In this document: piece after piece, positions 1 to 41,850 of the stretch | Layout: the number at the start of each line of letters is the position of its first letter | How positions within the stretch are numbered: position 1 is the first letter of the stretch | From: Flaccisagitta enflata | Taxonomy: Eukaryota | DNA: 64,000 nt | Assembly: GCA_965153355.1 (NCBI GenBank) | Contig: OZ231126.1 | Coordinates: 2,976,001-3,040,000, forward strand | Reading direction: 5' to 3' | Translations under genes and position numbers: made by a program | The notes under the pieces: model-generated | Told to the model about the DNA's origin: nothing | The model's database searches: none | Seen by the model: only the letters and a program-made list of their open reading frames with translations

Positions 1-1010
1 GTTGAAAATAGATTTGTAAGCCTGCTTTTTGTTCAAAATAGTGACTGCAATTACTGATAGTGTTTTATGCACCAATATGTGGAATCATCTTAGGATTATA
101 GCAAGTGATCCAGAATGGGTCAGAAACTCAGAACGCTTTCAATTAGGTCATTAGACCCAAGTCGACTATTTCTCTCTATTCTGCCTCTTTGGTAATTCCA
201 ATCATCCTTCTCAGTCCAAATTGTCTTTTTGGGCCTATCAATAAAACCCATCTCTTCTGCAGACTATCATTGCTCAAGTAAATGTGTTTTTTATCTGATT
301 GCATATGGATTTATCAATTGCACTAAATTGAATGTTTATAAGTCTGTATCTGTCAGTTGATTGGTCTGTCAGCCTGTCTGCCACTCAATCATTCCACATT
401 TTAGTTTTGTTTCAGTTTTCTGTGAATTACTCATACAACAACTTAGTTTATTGAAGCAAAGGACATCAGATCATCTACAAGCAAGTATTCATGATTTTTT
501 AACAATTTGGCTAGTTCATTGATCAATTACCTGTCAAAATAAAAAATGAAATAGTTGTTCAACAACCTCTGCGTCTTTTGTTGAGGTAGAAAGAGTTTAC
601 AATGCAGCAGGACTGTGTTTCTAAAGTGATAGTTTCTCTCTCTAACAGGAATGTTGATAATCTTTGCTTTCTATGAAATTACTTGTCTTGAAAAATCTAT
701 TATTTGGCTCCTCGTTTAGTAATAATGGACTTGATGTTTGACCTGCTTTGATTTAGGGTTGATAAAATCTTGAAACAATCATTGTTCGCCATTTGAACTA
801 ATTTTATGGTTATTCTGCATTATGCCATCATGATCATGATAGATTTCAAAAACATTTCAACACTTGGCTGAGAGATACAAGGCTTACCAAAGAGTTCACG
901 CTTGAAAACGGTGGAAGCTGGTTTTAACTACATTAGTAGTTAACTAGGCTAGAATGTAGTTAGTTAACTATTAACTAGTTAATTTGAAATCCTTAACTAC
1001 TGCCGGTCCT

Positions 1011-1360
1011 AGTCAGACTGGTATAGGTTTTGCTTTGGTAAGTTTGTGTTTCTGGCCACCACTTCTGCTCATGGATATCCTTGTATCGTTGACGAGAAAT
1101 ACCCGCTGTTTGTCAGACTGGTCTGGGTGCTGCTTCGGTAAGTTTGTGAGTGTTTCTGGCCACCACTTCCGGCTCATGGGCATCCTTGTATCATTGACAA
1201 AAAATACCCGCTGCTCGTCACACTAGTCTGGGTCCTGCTTTGGTGAGTTTCTAAGTGTTTCTAGCCACCACATCCCCTCATCCCTGGGTATACTCGTATC
1301 GTTGACGAGCAATACTTGCTGCTTGTCAGACTGGTCTGGGTTTGGCTTTGGTGAGTCTAT
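1011..1360 (+). repeat. ~105-bp tandem repeat (about 3.5 copies) made of the ENaC HG-motif exon plus its splice donor
   Basis: The units gtcagactggtctgggt...g|gtaagt or g|gtgagt recur near 1012, 1112, 1217 and 1326. Confidence 0.8.
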
Positions 1361-4300
1361 GACTGAGTCTGTTTCTTGCCAACGTGATAAGTTCCGAGTA
1401 CAATTGTCCTTCACTGTAGGTCACATGACAACTAGGGACTGAGCAAATATATGCCTCATAATAAAACTGATATTTGCTAATATAGTAATAAAATTGAATC
1501 CCACTCTAACAAACAGACAACAATTGTCTGATGTGGATAGATTACCAGATTTGCACATGATCAAAGACCAAATAATAATAATGGATCTTTACTCGTGAAT
1601 CCACTTTGGCGAGGTTCCACTGTTAATCCATTGTTTCTTTCTCCCATATAAAAGCGTAAGCGCACTGACGGCATTCATCTTTTGCTGCCACTGCGTGTTC
1701 ACATCTTGGATGGCGTCTCCAACATATAACACGATGGAAATGAAGATCATCGATGACGTTGGCGTCCTGCCCGCAGTCTCAATATGCAACGAAAACGCTT
1801 TCCGGAAAAGCAAAATTCTCAACCTGAATTTGTCCCAATTGGAAAACCAAAATGAGAGACTGAGAAGAGCATTGACAAAACTCAGAGGTGAGTTCGAATA
1901 GGTAACCCCAGATATGCTAATGAGACAGTGAAGAATCAAATGACTTGCAGATTTGAAAGCAATCTCTCATCATGATCTCGAATACAGAATTTAGGAACTA
2001 TCAATAAGTATCAATCTGAAAGTGAAACGGCCTACTGCGTCACTTTGTTACAATAATTGACAATATTTACTCCCACCAGGTTTCGCGTTTAATTCTTCAA
2101 TGGCGAGTGCAAACCCGGAAAATGAATGTTCCCATTCTGGATATTGGGCCAAGTTTCAAGACAGGCTGATAGTACCTTACTTCAACTCGACTCTGGCGGC
2201 GAGTTTGGGACATCAATTGCAAGATCTGGTTGGCGGCAAATATTACTTCAATTGCGAGAATTACTCTGCCACGCCCTCAACAGACGCGGACGGCGGCTCT
2301 CAACCACAACCGTTTAGGATCAAATCATTCTCCCATTCGGTCCACGGAAATTGCTTCACGTTTATGCCTCAACCGCAGACTTACTTGGAAATGCATGAAT
2401 TTTTGCCCCACACACATCAACCATGTTTTTAAGTGTTCTTAGATAATAAAAGTTACCGCTTTATTATCAATTTTCTTACCGATTAGTCTCAATGGAGATC
2501 TATCTTCCCATGATAAACTTTCTTAGAAGATGAAGGCCGATTTCCCTGAAATCACCGTTTTTGGTAACTATCTCCCAGCCCCCTTTAGTGAAGAAATTGA
2601 TCAAAACTGGGGATTTAGACACCAGTTTTTTGTAAAACATACATGTTTAGCTGAATTGGATGACCCATCCTATGCCAGAAGTCAGCACTTGAACAGGGTT
2701 ACGACTGTTGGATGATCTGATGGGTGTGGGACGAAAATTGCAAATAGGCAATTTGGAAAACACAGTGGCCTGAAATTTAACATCAACCTCGAGAAACATG
2801 AGTATATATGGGACGCACATTCAGAGGAGGTAATGAGAATCTAAAGTTGGATGCGCATGTCTCTAGAAGCCATTGTTATGGTCCGTCGGGCCTCGCTCAA
2901 ATTTGCTAATAACGGGAAATTTTGCACCTCTGCTCCTACCTTAGAGCCTTCAAGTCTTATAAAGCAATGCCCCTGACCTGCGTATTATCTTATTGAGGAT
3001 AAACAAGGCCGGATAGAAGGTAAATTTGAAGTCGCTTATGGGAGGGCAGGGGCAGTATGTCGTTTGGCGAAGGTGAAGTGTGGCAAGGCAGTTCCAGGGG
3101 CAAAAATGCTAAGTAATCGCTAATCCATTTCCAGCCGATTTGCTTCATCCAAATTTTCGCGGTCTAAACAGAGAGAACTACCCTTCATAGAGTTGGTCCA
3201 TTGGTCCGTCGGTCCGTCCGTGGACACGAGTCGAAAAGTGGGAGAGCGAGCATTTTAGATGGTTTTTGTGAATGGGTGCGGGGTGTGGATGGGGGTTGGA
3301 CGCCCCTGCCCACCCGTCCGCAACGATATTGTCACCCCGCGTCACTTGTTTCACGTCACTTGTTTTTCTAAAGGAGCCTCGAAAAGGCCGACTTAAAGTG
3401 TTGATACACGACCAGCGAGATCGACCATCGACAGCCTTTCAGCAGTTTATCGACGTGGAAGAAAATGAGATAGTTTTCATCGGAGTTTCCATGAGAAAGC
3501 TCAAAAGAGTGCAAAGCTGCACCGAGGAATATCCACGCTTCATCGATGGCAAACCGCTCGATTTGGAAGATCCATGGTAAGGCAGAAATCACTGAAATGC
3601 CGTGACTATGCAGTCTATGGACATTTCGGTATTTGTAGATATGTCAGCAGTTTGGTATATTTCAACCCGTTGAAATCTCTCATTCTGGCATATTTCAACA
3701 GGTTGAAATCTTTCATTCTTCTGATATAAATCTTATGGAATGAGAGATTTAAACGTGTTGAGATGTGCCAAAATGAGAGATTTTAACCCCTGGAAATATG
3801 CCAGAATGAGAGATTTCAACGGGTTGAAATATACCAAACTGCTGACATATCTACAAATATCGAAATGTCCATAGACTGTGTGCTTAAGATAATCTGCCGA
3901 TTCGCCGATCGCGTCGTTGCTCATTCCACGAAAAGTCGCATTCCATTTTGTCTCTTTTCCAAACTGACTCCTCCCCTCATTTTCCATTTGATATATTTTG
4001 AACAGGGGAACAAACGAAGACTACACCAGATTGAAATGTCTGCAGGACTGCACACGAAAACTAAGTCCAGGTGATGTATTCTATCCGCCGGAACGCCGGG
4101 ACGCCAGAGGTAAGATGAAAAGATGTTGAATGACTAATACTATCTAGGAAATAGAAATCTTTCCACCTAAGAGGTCATATCATTTATGACACAATCACGT
4201 ATATCAGCTGATTGCAAATCAATAAATAATGGATGTAAGCTCCCTCTGACTCAATTACCACCACCATTATCCAGTTCAGCAATTTGTATAAGTTTCTGGA

Positions 4301-6129
4301 GGTATTTTGAAGTGATGGCTTCCAGCATTTTTGCGTGATGAATTTTTTCCCTTTTTTTCATCTTTGAGTGATCATAACATTTAAATGGCTGGGCTGATTT
4401 TGTTGCGCAAAAATACAAAAAGATGCCCCTTGAAAAACTTCAGTTTGGCCACCAATTTTTTGTCAATTCATCAAAAAACAAAGGAGTTATTGATTTTTTG
4501 ATAATTAAGTCTTACTGTAAAAAAATCAAATTGAGGAACCTTCAAAAGGAATGATTTCATTAAAAGTAAGATAACTTTTAAACCCATTTAGATAGCAAGA
4601 TGCGGTTTGCGTAGATAGCTTGCAAATTTGAAGAGCTTCATTTTTGTCACCAATTTTTTCTCAATCAGATGATCTTTACAAGAGTTATTGACTGAAACAA
4701 GCGGAAAGATTTCTATTTCCTAGATAGTAGATTAATGTGTTAAAGCAAAAGGGAACTGAGGGTATGCATTTTGGCGTAGAATGAATTAATTGATGAATTG
4801 ATGAATTAATTGATCTACTGAATTGATGAAGGCAAACGGTGATATGATAATTGTGTTGATAATGAGTTGATGAAACACAGGTGATGTGATTAACAACGAA
4901 TTGATTGATGTATAGATGAATCAGAGGGTATTATGATGGATAATGAAATGGATGGATGGATGGATGGATGGATGGATGGATGGATGGAATGGATGGATGG
5001 AATGGATGGATGGAATGGATGGATGGATGGAATGGATGAAATAGATGGATGGATGGATGGATGGATGGATGGATGGAATGGATGGATGGATGGATGAATT
5101 AGATGTTGGTATGATGGTGATATGATGGTTGGTTGATGGTTGGTGGGTTGGATGAAATGATGGTTGATATGATGGTGATATGATAGATTTTGAAATGATG
5201 GATGGATGGATGGATGGATGGGTGGATGGATCGATATATGAATGGATGGCTGAATTAAAAGTTGGTATGATTAATCATGAGTTGATAGATTATTGATTAA
5301 GCGAGGAAGTAAAATCGTGAGAAAAAAAGATTTTGGTAACGTTATGTTTATAGAGTGTATATGTTCATAGAGTGTATTATGTAGTTAGTATCAAGTAAAA
5401 CGTAAAAATTGGTCTCATTTTCAGAGGTTGATGTTGGGGGGACTTGCGAGAATATCGATGCGGTACACGATCAATGTCGTAAATATTGTCTCCCTGAATG
5501 TGATCTCAATTTGTTTCATTTGTTCGTGGAAAAAACAACCGGAAGTTCGGTAAGATTGTTTTTCCGTTGGTAGTATGCCTCTGTTGCCTTTGTTTGTTTG
5601 TTTGTTTGTTTGTTTGTTTGTTTTGTTGGTTGGTTGGTTGGTTTGTTTTCTAGGACAGGCCCCTGCTGGTGTAATCTCTGAGGCTTGTCTAAAGAGATGA
5701 GGCGCTGTCGCGCGTCGAATTTCCTTGCTGATGATGATGATGATATTCATTTCAGTCAGCTTATTTTTTCTTAGGCAATTTCTTGAATACCAATCCAATG
5801 AGCCCGAGACCAAAACTATCACCTGCGTTGCAACTACTTTTGTCACAGTCCCCGCCCTCTCTCCCCCCCCCCTCCCTTCATCCAACCAGCATCCACGCGT
5901 GAACGTGTACATACACGGATTTCTGTATGAGAAGATTGAAGAGCATCGGCGCACAGAATTCCTCAACGTGCTTTGTTCCGTGGGCGGGTATTTGGGATTG
6001 TTACTCGGCTGCTCACTCATCACCGTTTGTGAGTGGTTCGAGTTCATCGCCGCCACCATCACGTATCACATTTACAGCAGGATCAAACAACGTAGAAACA
6101 ATCGGAATGATCTCCCGGCGCGAATGTAA
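1049..6129 (+). CDS. DEG/ENaC (ASIC-like) amiloride-sensitive sodium channel family protein, multi-exon; start codon not identified; possibly degenerate
   Basis: Exons rebuilt by hand: ~1049-1137 ([31 protein letters not shown] motif plus TM1 start); 1655-1887 ([15 protein letters not shown]); 2080-~2390/2430 (GHQLQDL...HGNCFTF); 2748-2829 ([17 protein letters not shown]); 3374-3576 ([10 protein letters not shown]); 4006-4109 ([10 protein letters not shown]); 5425-5549 (CRKYCLPEC); a possible 17-nt micro-exon 5654-5670; 5775-6129 ([26 protein letters not shown]2 with GxS filter). GT-AG phases are compatible except for the junction between ~2390 and 2748. Confidence 0.85.
3611..3878. mobile_element. 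Foldback/MITE-like palindromic element in an ENaC intron
   Basis: cagtctatggacatttcg...ttgaaatctctcattctggcatatttc is mirrored by its reverse complement ending atagactg; arms are about 100 bp. Confidence 0.75.
4140..4727. mobile_element. Non-autonomous Tc1/mariner-type MITE
   Basis: TIR ctatctaggaaatagaaatctttcc ... ggaaagatttctatttcctagatag, flanked by TA on both sides. Confidence 0.75.
4945..5250. repeat. (GGAT)n/(GGAAT) microsatellite
   Basis: Direct reading. Confidence 0.9.
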
Positions 6130-6345
6130 ATCGCCTTTGCAGCAACCATCACTTATCACATACATAGCTGGATCAAACAACGTAGAAACAATCAATGATC
6201 TACCGGCGCGAATGTAAATCGCCTTTGCAGCTATCATCACTTATTAAATTTACAGCAGGATCAAACAACATAAAAACAATCAATGATCTACCAGCGCGAA
6301 TGTAAATCGCCTTTCCAGCAACCGTCACTTATCACATTTACAACA
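6055..6345 (+). repeat. ~88-90-bp tandem triplication of the ENaC C-terminal codons and stop
   Basis: ccatcac..tatcacatttacagcaggatcaaacaac...gcgcgaatgtaaatcgcc recurs near 6055, 6145, 6233, with a partial copy at 6321. Confidence 0.85.
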
Positions 6346-7175
6346 TGAAATGTCACGCCTCATTGCTGTAATTAGCTTAATCAACTGTGTTTTTTTGTTT
6401 AACTGTCTACCGGCCGAACCAATTTACTAATTGTTTCACAATTTTCCCTTCAACGTTGTAAAAAACACTTATTCCCTAACTCAAACGCTGTTCTATTGTC
6501 ACAGCAGGTTGATATGCTTTCGCGCAGCAGGTGTTCAAATCTAAAACTAGGTTAGTTGGCTAGAGATGTAAGCGTGTTTAGAGGCTCAGTGCACTCCAAA
6601 AGCCTCTTGTATTTACCTGACAACGCTCACATCATTAGCTTAAGATGTGAGCATGCTGAGAGGCAAAGTGCACTTAAAAAGCTATTTTTCACCTGACAAT
6701 GCACACCATGTTGGCTTGAGATGTGAGCATGTTGAGAGGCAAAGAGCGAACAAAAAACATTTTGCATTTACCTTACAACACACTCAACGTCAGCCTGAGT
6801 TGTGAGCATGTTGAGAGGCAAAGTGCACTCAAAAAATCTTCTTGCAAAAACTTACCTGACAACACACGCGACATTGGCCTGAGATGTGAGCATGTTGAGA
6901 GGCAAAGTGCACTCAAAAAAGCATCTTGTATTTACCTGACAATGCACGCGACATTGGCCTGAGATGTCAGCATGTTGAGGGGCAAAGTGCACTCAAAAAA
7001 GCATCTTGTATTTACCTGACAACACATGCGACATTGGCCTGAGATGTGAGCATGTTGAGTGGCAAAGTGCACTCAAAAAAGCATCTTGTATTTACCTGAC
7101 AATGCACGCGACATTGGCCTGAGATGTGAGCATGTTGAGGGGCAAAGTGCACTCAAAAAAGCATCTTGTATTTAC

Positions 7176-35654
<28,479 letters not shown>

Positions 35655-37816
35655 CTAGAAAAGAGAAAGATCACAGATTTGAGAATACAACGGCGTCTTC
35701 ACTTAAATCTAGTCAAGAGAAAGATCACAGATTTAAGAATACAATGGCGTATGCGAGCGTCTTCACTTAAATCTAGACAAGAGGAAGGTCATAGGTTGGA
35801 GAATATAACGGCGTACACAAGCGTCTTCACTTAAATTTAGACAATACAGACTCAATGATAATACAATGAGAGGGGCAGCAAAATCGCTACCCGTAGCTCA
35901 GAAGGGGAACCTCACAAAGGCAACGGCTGGAAGCTTATCGCAAAATAGTTTCCACCAAGGTGTTTTTCGAATTTCCTTATTACTGTATTTCTTGTAATTA
36001 GCGTCCCGGGCGCTTTAGAAATTGAAATGAAACATTTTAAACCTGCTATTAGCGCTTTCATTTACTTATGAGTTATGTCTGAATAATGAAATTTACACTT
36101 TTTGACAATTTCTTTTTACAATTCAAATCAGTAATTTACCAGAAAAGAGAAATTTTTGTTGTATTTCATCAAATTCTCATATTGCTTTTGCCAAAAATTC
36201 AAATTTTCAATGATTTTTCAATGATCCTTTTTCAAAAAATCTCTCTTATCCTTACCTCTTCTCTCATAAAAAAGGGAGGGGGTGCTAATTAGAAAGGGGG
36301 GGGCAATAAATGCAAGAAATACGGTATTCCAAAGAAAAAAATCATAAAAGGGCTAAATCCAACACTTCCAAAAATGGTTGATTTTCACTCTAAAAAGGCT
36401 GGATACACAGCTACCATAGTCGCGTGCGGGTGGGCAGGGGCCGTATTTGAGGTCACTTGATCACTTGGGCAGGAGCAGTGAGGCCATAGACCGCAAAAAA
36501 ACCAAAAAAGAAAAGTGGGACGAACGGATGGATGGACCGATGGAGAGACCAACAAAGCGGGGTGTAGTCGCATAGCATGCGACTAAAAAGAGCTATATCA
36601 CTAAATCTAGATTGAAATTGTGAAATCGCCTCGATAGCGGGAATTGTATTGGGATAAACTATCGGCCACCACCTTTGATGCCCTTGTGATATTGATCATT
36701 TGAGCTATAGGTAGGGGTACTAGCAATTTCGACTGCCTCTCTCACTGTAATATCATTGCTTCTGTAGGTCAAGGTGCACACGAAGGGGCATTTTCTATGG
36801 TCAAATCACATTGTAAAAAAAAATTAAAATTATAAATTTACAATTTTCTTTTTTTAATTTTTTCTTTTATGTATATTATCATTTTTATTTGCATTGATAG
36901 TCATTTATGTCTGTAAAATAGGTTGGGAAAATTGAAAAATATGGAGTAAAATTAACTCCCATTTTTTTTACTTATCTTAGGTGAAATTCTTAATCTGTCT
37001 CTGAATGCAAAATTTTGCATTTCTAAAAACATGGCCCTATTCTAAAGACATATAAGAAAAGGGCCATGTTCTTAGAAATGCAAATTTTTGCATTCCAAGA
37101 GAGATTAAGAATTTCACGCGAAATAACTTCCCAAATTTGCTGCTCGCGTGCACCACGACGTAGAAAGATCACAGATTTGAGAATACAACGGCGTACACGA
37201 GCGTCTTCATTTATATCTAGACAAGAGAAAGATCACGGATTTAAGAATACAACAACGAACGCAAGTGCCTCACTTAAATCTCATCAAGAATTAAATCAGA
37301 TAGTAGAAGAAGTTTAGATGCATCAGTTTTTATGGTTCATGCGTCAGTCCATCCATCTGTTGGTTCAATCGTTTGTCGGTCCATTAGTTGATGAACCCGT
37401 CTTAGGGCATGACCGTTAGCACATTCGCGTTCGCTGGCTAGTCTATCCGGTCCGTAGATGATATCTTGACACTTTGCATCGCTGCTCTGTGCTTAACTGT
37501 ACGCAACTGTAAGCAGGCCCGGCCAGAGGGGGGGTCACCCCCATCTAAGTTGGGGGCCTGGGACCTAGGAGGCCCAAGAGTGCCCTTGGGATAAGAAAAA
37601 AAAATTGAAAAAATGAAAAAAAAAAAAGAAAAGAGAAAAAGAAGAGAGGAAAAAAAAGAAAAAAAAAAAGAAAAAAAATGACAGAAAAAGAAAAAAAGAA
37701 CTGAAAAATAGATTACAAAAAAAAAAACAAAAAAAAAAAAAAACAAAAAAAATGAAGAAAAAAAAATTGAGAGTGATAATACAAAAATCTTGAAAGAGTA
37801 TGGGTCCGTGACTGGG

Positions 37817-38760
37817 GTCGAACGGCGTTGTCAAACGGCGTTGTCAAACGGCGTTGTCGAACGGCGTTGTCAAACGGCGTTGTCAAACGGCGTTGTCAAA
37901 CGGCGTTGTCAAACGGCGTTGTCAAACGGCGTTGTCAAACGGCGTTGTCAAACGGCGTTGTCAAACGGCGTTGTCAAACGGCGTTGTCAAACGGCGTTGT
38001 CAAACGGCGTTGTCAAACGGCGTTGTCAAACGGCGTTATCAAACGGCGTTGTCAAACGGCGTTGTCAAACGGCGTTGTCAAACGGCGTTGTCAAACGGCG
38101 TTGTCAAACGGCGTTGTCAAACGGCGTTGTCAAACGGCGTTGTCAAACGGCGTTGTCAAACGGCGTTGTCAAACGGCGTTGTCAAACGGCGTTGTCAAAC
38201 GGCGTTGCCAAACGGCGTTGTCAACGGCGTTGCGCCAACGGCGAACGGCGTTGTCGAACGGCGTTGTCGAACGGCGTTGTCGAACGGCGTTGTCGAACGG
38301 CGTTGTCAAACGGCGTTGTCAAACGGCGTTGTCAAACGCGTTGTCAACGGCGCGTTGTCAACGCGCTGTCAACGGCGTTGTCGAACGGCGTTGTCAACGG
38401 CGTTGTTGAACGGCGCGTTGAACGCGTTGCTGAACGGCGTTGAAGCGGCGTTGTCAAACGCGCGTCAAACGGCGTTGTCAAACGGCGCGTCAAACGGCGT
38501 TGCAAAACGGCGTTGTCAACGGCGTTGTCAAACGGCGTTGTCAAACGGCGTTGTCAAACGGCGTTGTCAACGGCGTTGTCAAACGGCGTTGTCAAACGGC
38601 GTTGTCGAACGGCGTTGTCGAACGGCGTTGTTGAACGGCGTTGTTGAACGGCGTTGTCAAATGGCGTTGTCAAATGGCATTGTCAAACGGCGTTGTCGAA
38701 CGGCGATGTTGTCGGCGTTGTCAAATGGTGTTGTCGAAGTGTTGTCAAACGACGTTGTCA
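37817..38760. repeat. 13-bp GC-rich satellite (aacggcgttgtca)n
   Basis: Homogeneous 5' part, degenerating toward the 3' end. Confidence 0.95.
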
Positions 38761-38869
38761 AATACCGTCGTCAAACAGTATTGTCAAATGGTCTTGTCAA
38801 ATAGCGGTCAAATAGGGGTTGAGAGATAAGCTGCTTTGTTCATATACATAGGTTGAGCCATTTTATTTT

Positions 38870-39390
38870 GAGTCTCCATACCAAATTTTAACCAAATCGA
38901 TTTAGAATTGTTCAAGTTATGCACATTTTTCACTTTTAAGGTGGTAGGCTGGTAGGCTGGTTGGGTGGTAGGCCGGTTAGCATGCTAAAATCTTTACACA
39001 TCAAATACATATGTTGAGTCCTTCCATTTAGAGAAAACATACCAAGTTTACACCGAATCAGTTGAAAAACGCCAAAGTTATGAACTTTTTTCACTTTAAG
39101 GCTGGTAGGCTAGTTGGGTGGTAGGCCGGTTTGGCTGGTTAGCATGCTGAAATCTTTACAATTCAAATACATATGTTGAGTCCTTCCATTTAGAGACTAC
39201 ATAACAAGTTTTAACCAAATTGGTTGAAAAATGCAGAAGTTATGCACGTTTTTCACTTTTCGGCTGGTAGGCTGGTTGGGTGGTAGGCCGGTTTGGCCGG
39301 TTAGCATGCTAAAATCTTTACAATTCAAATACATATGTTGAGTCCTTCCATTTAGAGACTACATACCAAGTTTCAACCAAAAACCCCAAT
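38870..39390. repeat. ~170-180-bp repeat family (ccatttagagactacataccaag...gttgaaaaatgccaaagttatgcac...ggctggtagg)
   Basis: The same family recurs at 51630-52030 and 53320-54330. Confidence 0.85.
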
Positions 39391-39539
39391 TTTCTCACAC
39401 CGTTTCGACGGGTCGGATTTTCGCGGAAAAGTTGGAGGAGGCCTCCTCCAGTTTGGAGGAACGCTCCTCCAGTTTGGAGGAATGTTCCTCCAGTTTGGAG
39501 GAACATTCCTCCAGCTGGAGAGAGAGAGAAAGAGAGAGG

Positions 39540-39735
<196 letters not shown>

Positions 39736-40054
39736 GTTTGGATCATTCTAGCAATTTGGAGGATCGTTCCTCCAATTTGGAGGATAATATTGGAGGAACT
39801 CACTATATCTCTTTCTGAGTTCCTCCAAAATAAAATTGGAATGGTTGGGGCTTATTGGCTGGGTTTAATAGGGGATTTAGAATTGCATTTTGATCATTTT
39901 AGCAATTTGGAGGATCAAGCCTTCAATTTGGAGGATATTTGGAGGAACTTCACTATATCTCTTTCTGAGTTCCTCCAAAAAATAAAATAGAATGGTTGGG
40001 GCTTATTGGCTGGTTTAAAAGGGGATTTAAATATGCAATTTGGATCATTCTAGC

Positions 40055-40235
40055 AATTTGGAGGAACGTTCCTCCAGTTTGGAGGATCGTTCCTCCAGTT
40101 AGGAGGATCGTTCCTCCAGTTTGGAGGATCGTTCCTCCAGTTTGGAGGATCGTTCCTCCAGTTTGGAGGATCGTTCCTCCAGTTTGGAGGATCGTTCCTC
40201 CAGTTTGGAGGATCGTTCCTCCAGTTTGGAGGATC
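40055..40235. repeat. 21-bp palindromic-unit array (ttggaggatcgttcctccagt) followed by (GA)n
   Basis: The same arrangement occurs at 39432-39730 and 51275-51565. Confidence 0.9.
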
Positions 40236-40246
40236 ACTCTACATAG

Positions 40247-40332
<86 letters not shown>

Positions 40333-40364
40333 AACAGAGAAAGTGAAAAAAGAGATCATCACTA

Positions 40365-41850
40365 TCATGATCACAACCAGGGCTAGATCATCCAACGATC
40401 ACAACCAGTACTATTTATCATCCAAGGATCACAACCAGGACTCTTGGTCATCCAACGATCACAACCTCAACCAGGACTCTTGATCATCCAACAATCACAA
40501 CCAGGACTCTTGATCATCCAACAATCACAACCAGGACTCTTGATCATCCAATGATCACGACTCGGACTTGTTCATCCAACGATCACAACTAGGACCCTTG
40601 ATCATCCAACGATCACAACCAGGACTCTTGATCATCCAACGATCACAACCAGGACTCTTGATCATCCGATGATCACAACCAGGACTCTTGATCATCCGAT
40701 GATCACAACCAGGACTCTTGATCATCCGATGATCACAACCAGGACTCTTGATCATCCGATGATCACAACCAGGACTCTTGATCATCCGATGATCACAACC
40801 AGGACTCTTGATCATCCGATGATCACAACCAGGACTCTTGATCATCCAATGATCACAACCAGGACTCTTGATCATCCAATGATCACAACCAGGACTCTTG
40901 ATCATCCAATGATCACAACCAGGACTCTTGATCATCCAATGATCACAACCAGGACTCTTGATCATCCAATGATCACAACCAGGACTCTTGATCATCCAAT
41001 GATCACAACCAGGACTCTTGATCATCCAATGATCACAACCAGGACTCTTGATCATCCAATGATCACAACCAGGACTCATGATCATCCAATGATCACAACC
41101 AGGACTCATGATCATCCAATGATCACAACCAGGACTCATGATCATCCAATGATCACAACCAGGACTCATGATCATCCAATGATCACAACCAGGACTCATG
41201 ATCATCCAATGATCACAACCAGGACTCATGATCATCCAATGATCACAACCAGGACTCATGATCATCCAATGATCACACCCAGGACTCATGATCATCCAAT
41301 GATCACACCCAGGACTCATGATCATCCAATGATCACAACCAGGACTCATGATCATCCAATGATCACAACCAGGACTCATGATCATCCAATGATCACAACC
41401 AGGACTCATGATCATCCAATGATCACAACCAGGACTCATGATCATCCAATGATCATCCAATGATCACAACCAGGACTCATGATCATCCAATGATCACAAC
41501 CAGGACTCATGATCATCAAACGATCAAATTGATAATCATGATCAAGAGTCCTGATCATTGGATGATCATGACCCTGATCATCGGATGATCATGACCATGA
41601 GTCCTGATCAACCAGGATCATGACCATGAGTCCTGATCATCGGACAATCATGACCAAGAGTCCTGATCATCAGATGATCATGACCAGGAGTCGTGATCAT
41701 CCGATGATCATGGCCAGGAGTCGTGATCATCCAATGATCATGGCCAGGAGTCGTGATCATCCGATTGTCATGATCACGAGTCCTGATCATCCGATGATCA
41801 TGACCAGGAGTCTGGGTGTTTCAATCACAGTCACAAGTCCTGATCATCTA
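40365..41850. repeat. 30-bp minisatellite (gatcacaaccaggactc[t/a]tgatcatcc[a/g]at) followed by an inverted degenerate block
   Basis: Forward array to about 41520; reverse-complement-like units from about 41535 to 41850. Confidence 0.92.

Noticed and set aside
887-927. Minus-strand exon-like segment with a GTAAG donor as the next ARHGEF10 exon
   Set aside because: The required phase gives an immediate stop, and there is no similarity to ARHGEF10.
2713-2715. TGA as selenocysteine or alternative genetic code
   Set aside because: TAA and TAG also interrupt this region, other genes use standard stops, and no SECIS was seen.
37790-38804. RRCQTALSNGVVK repeat proteins
   Set aside because: 13-bp satellite open in every frame; no splice or domain evidence.
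40555-41463. Repeat ORFs on both strands
   Set aside because: 30-bp minisatellite.
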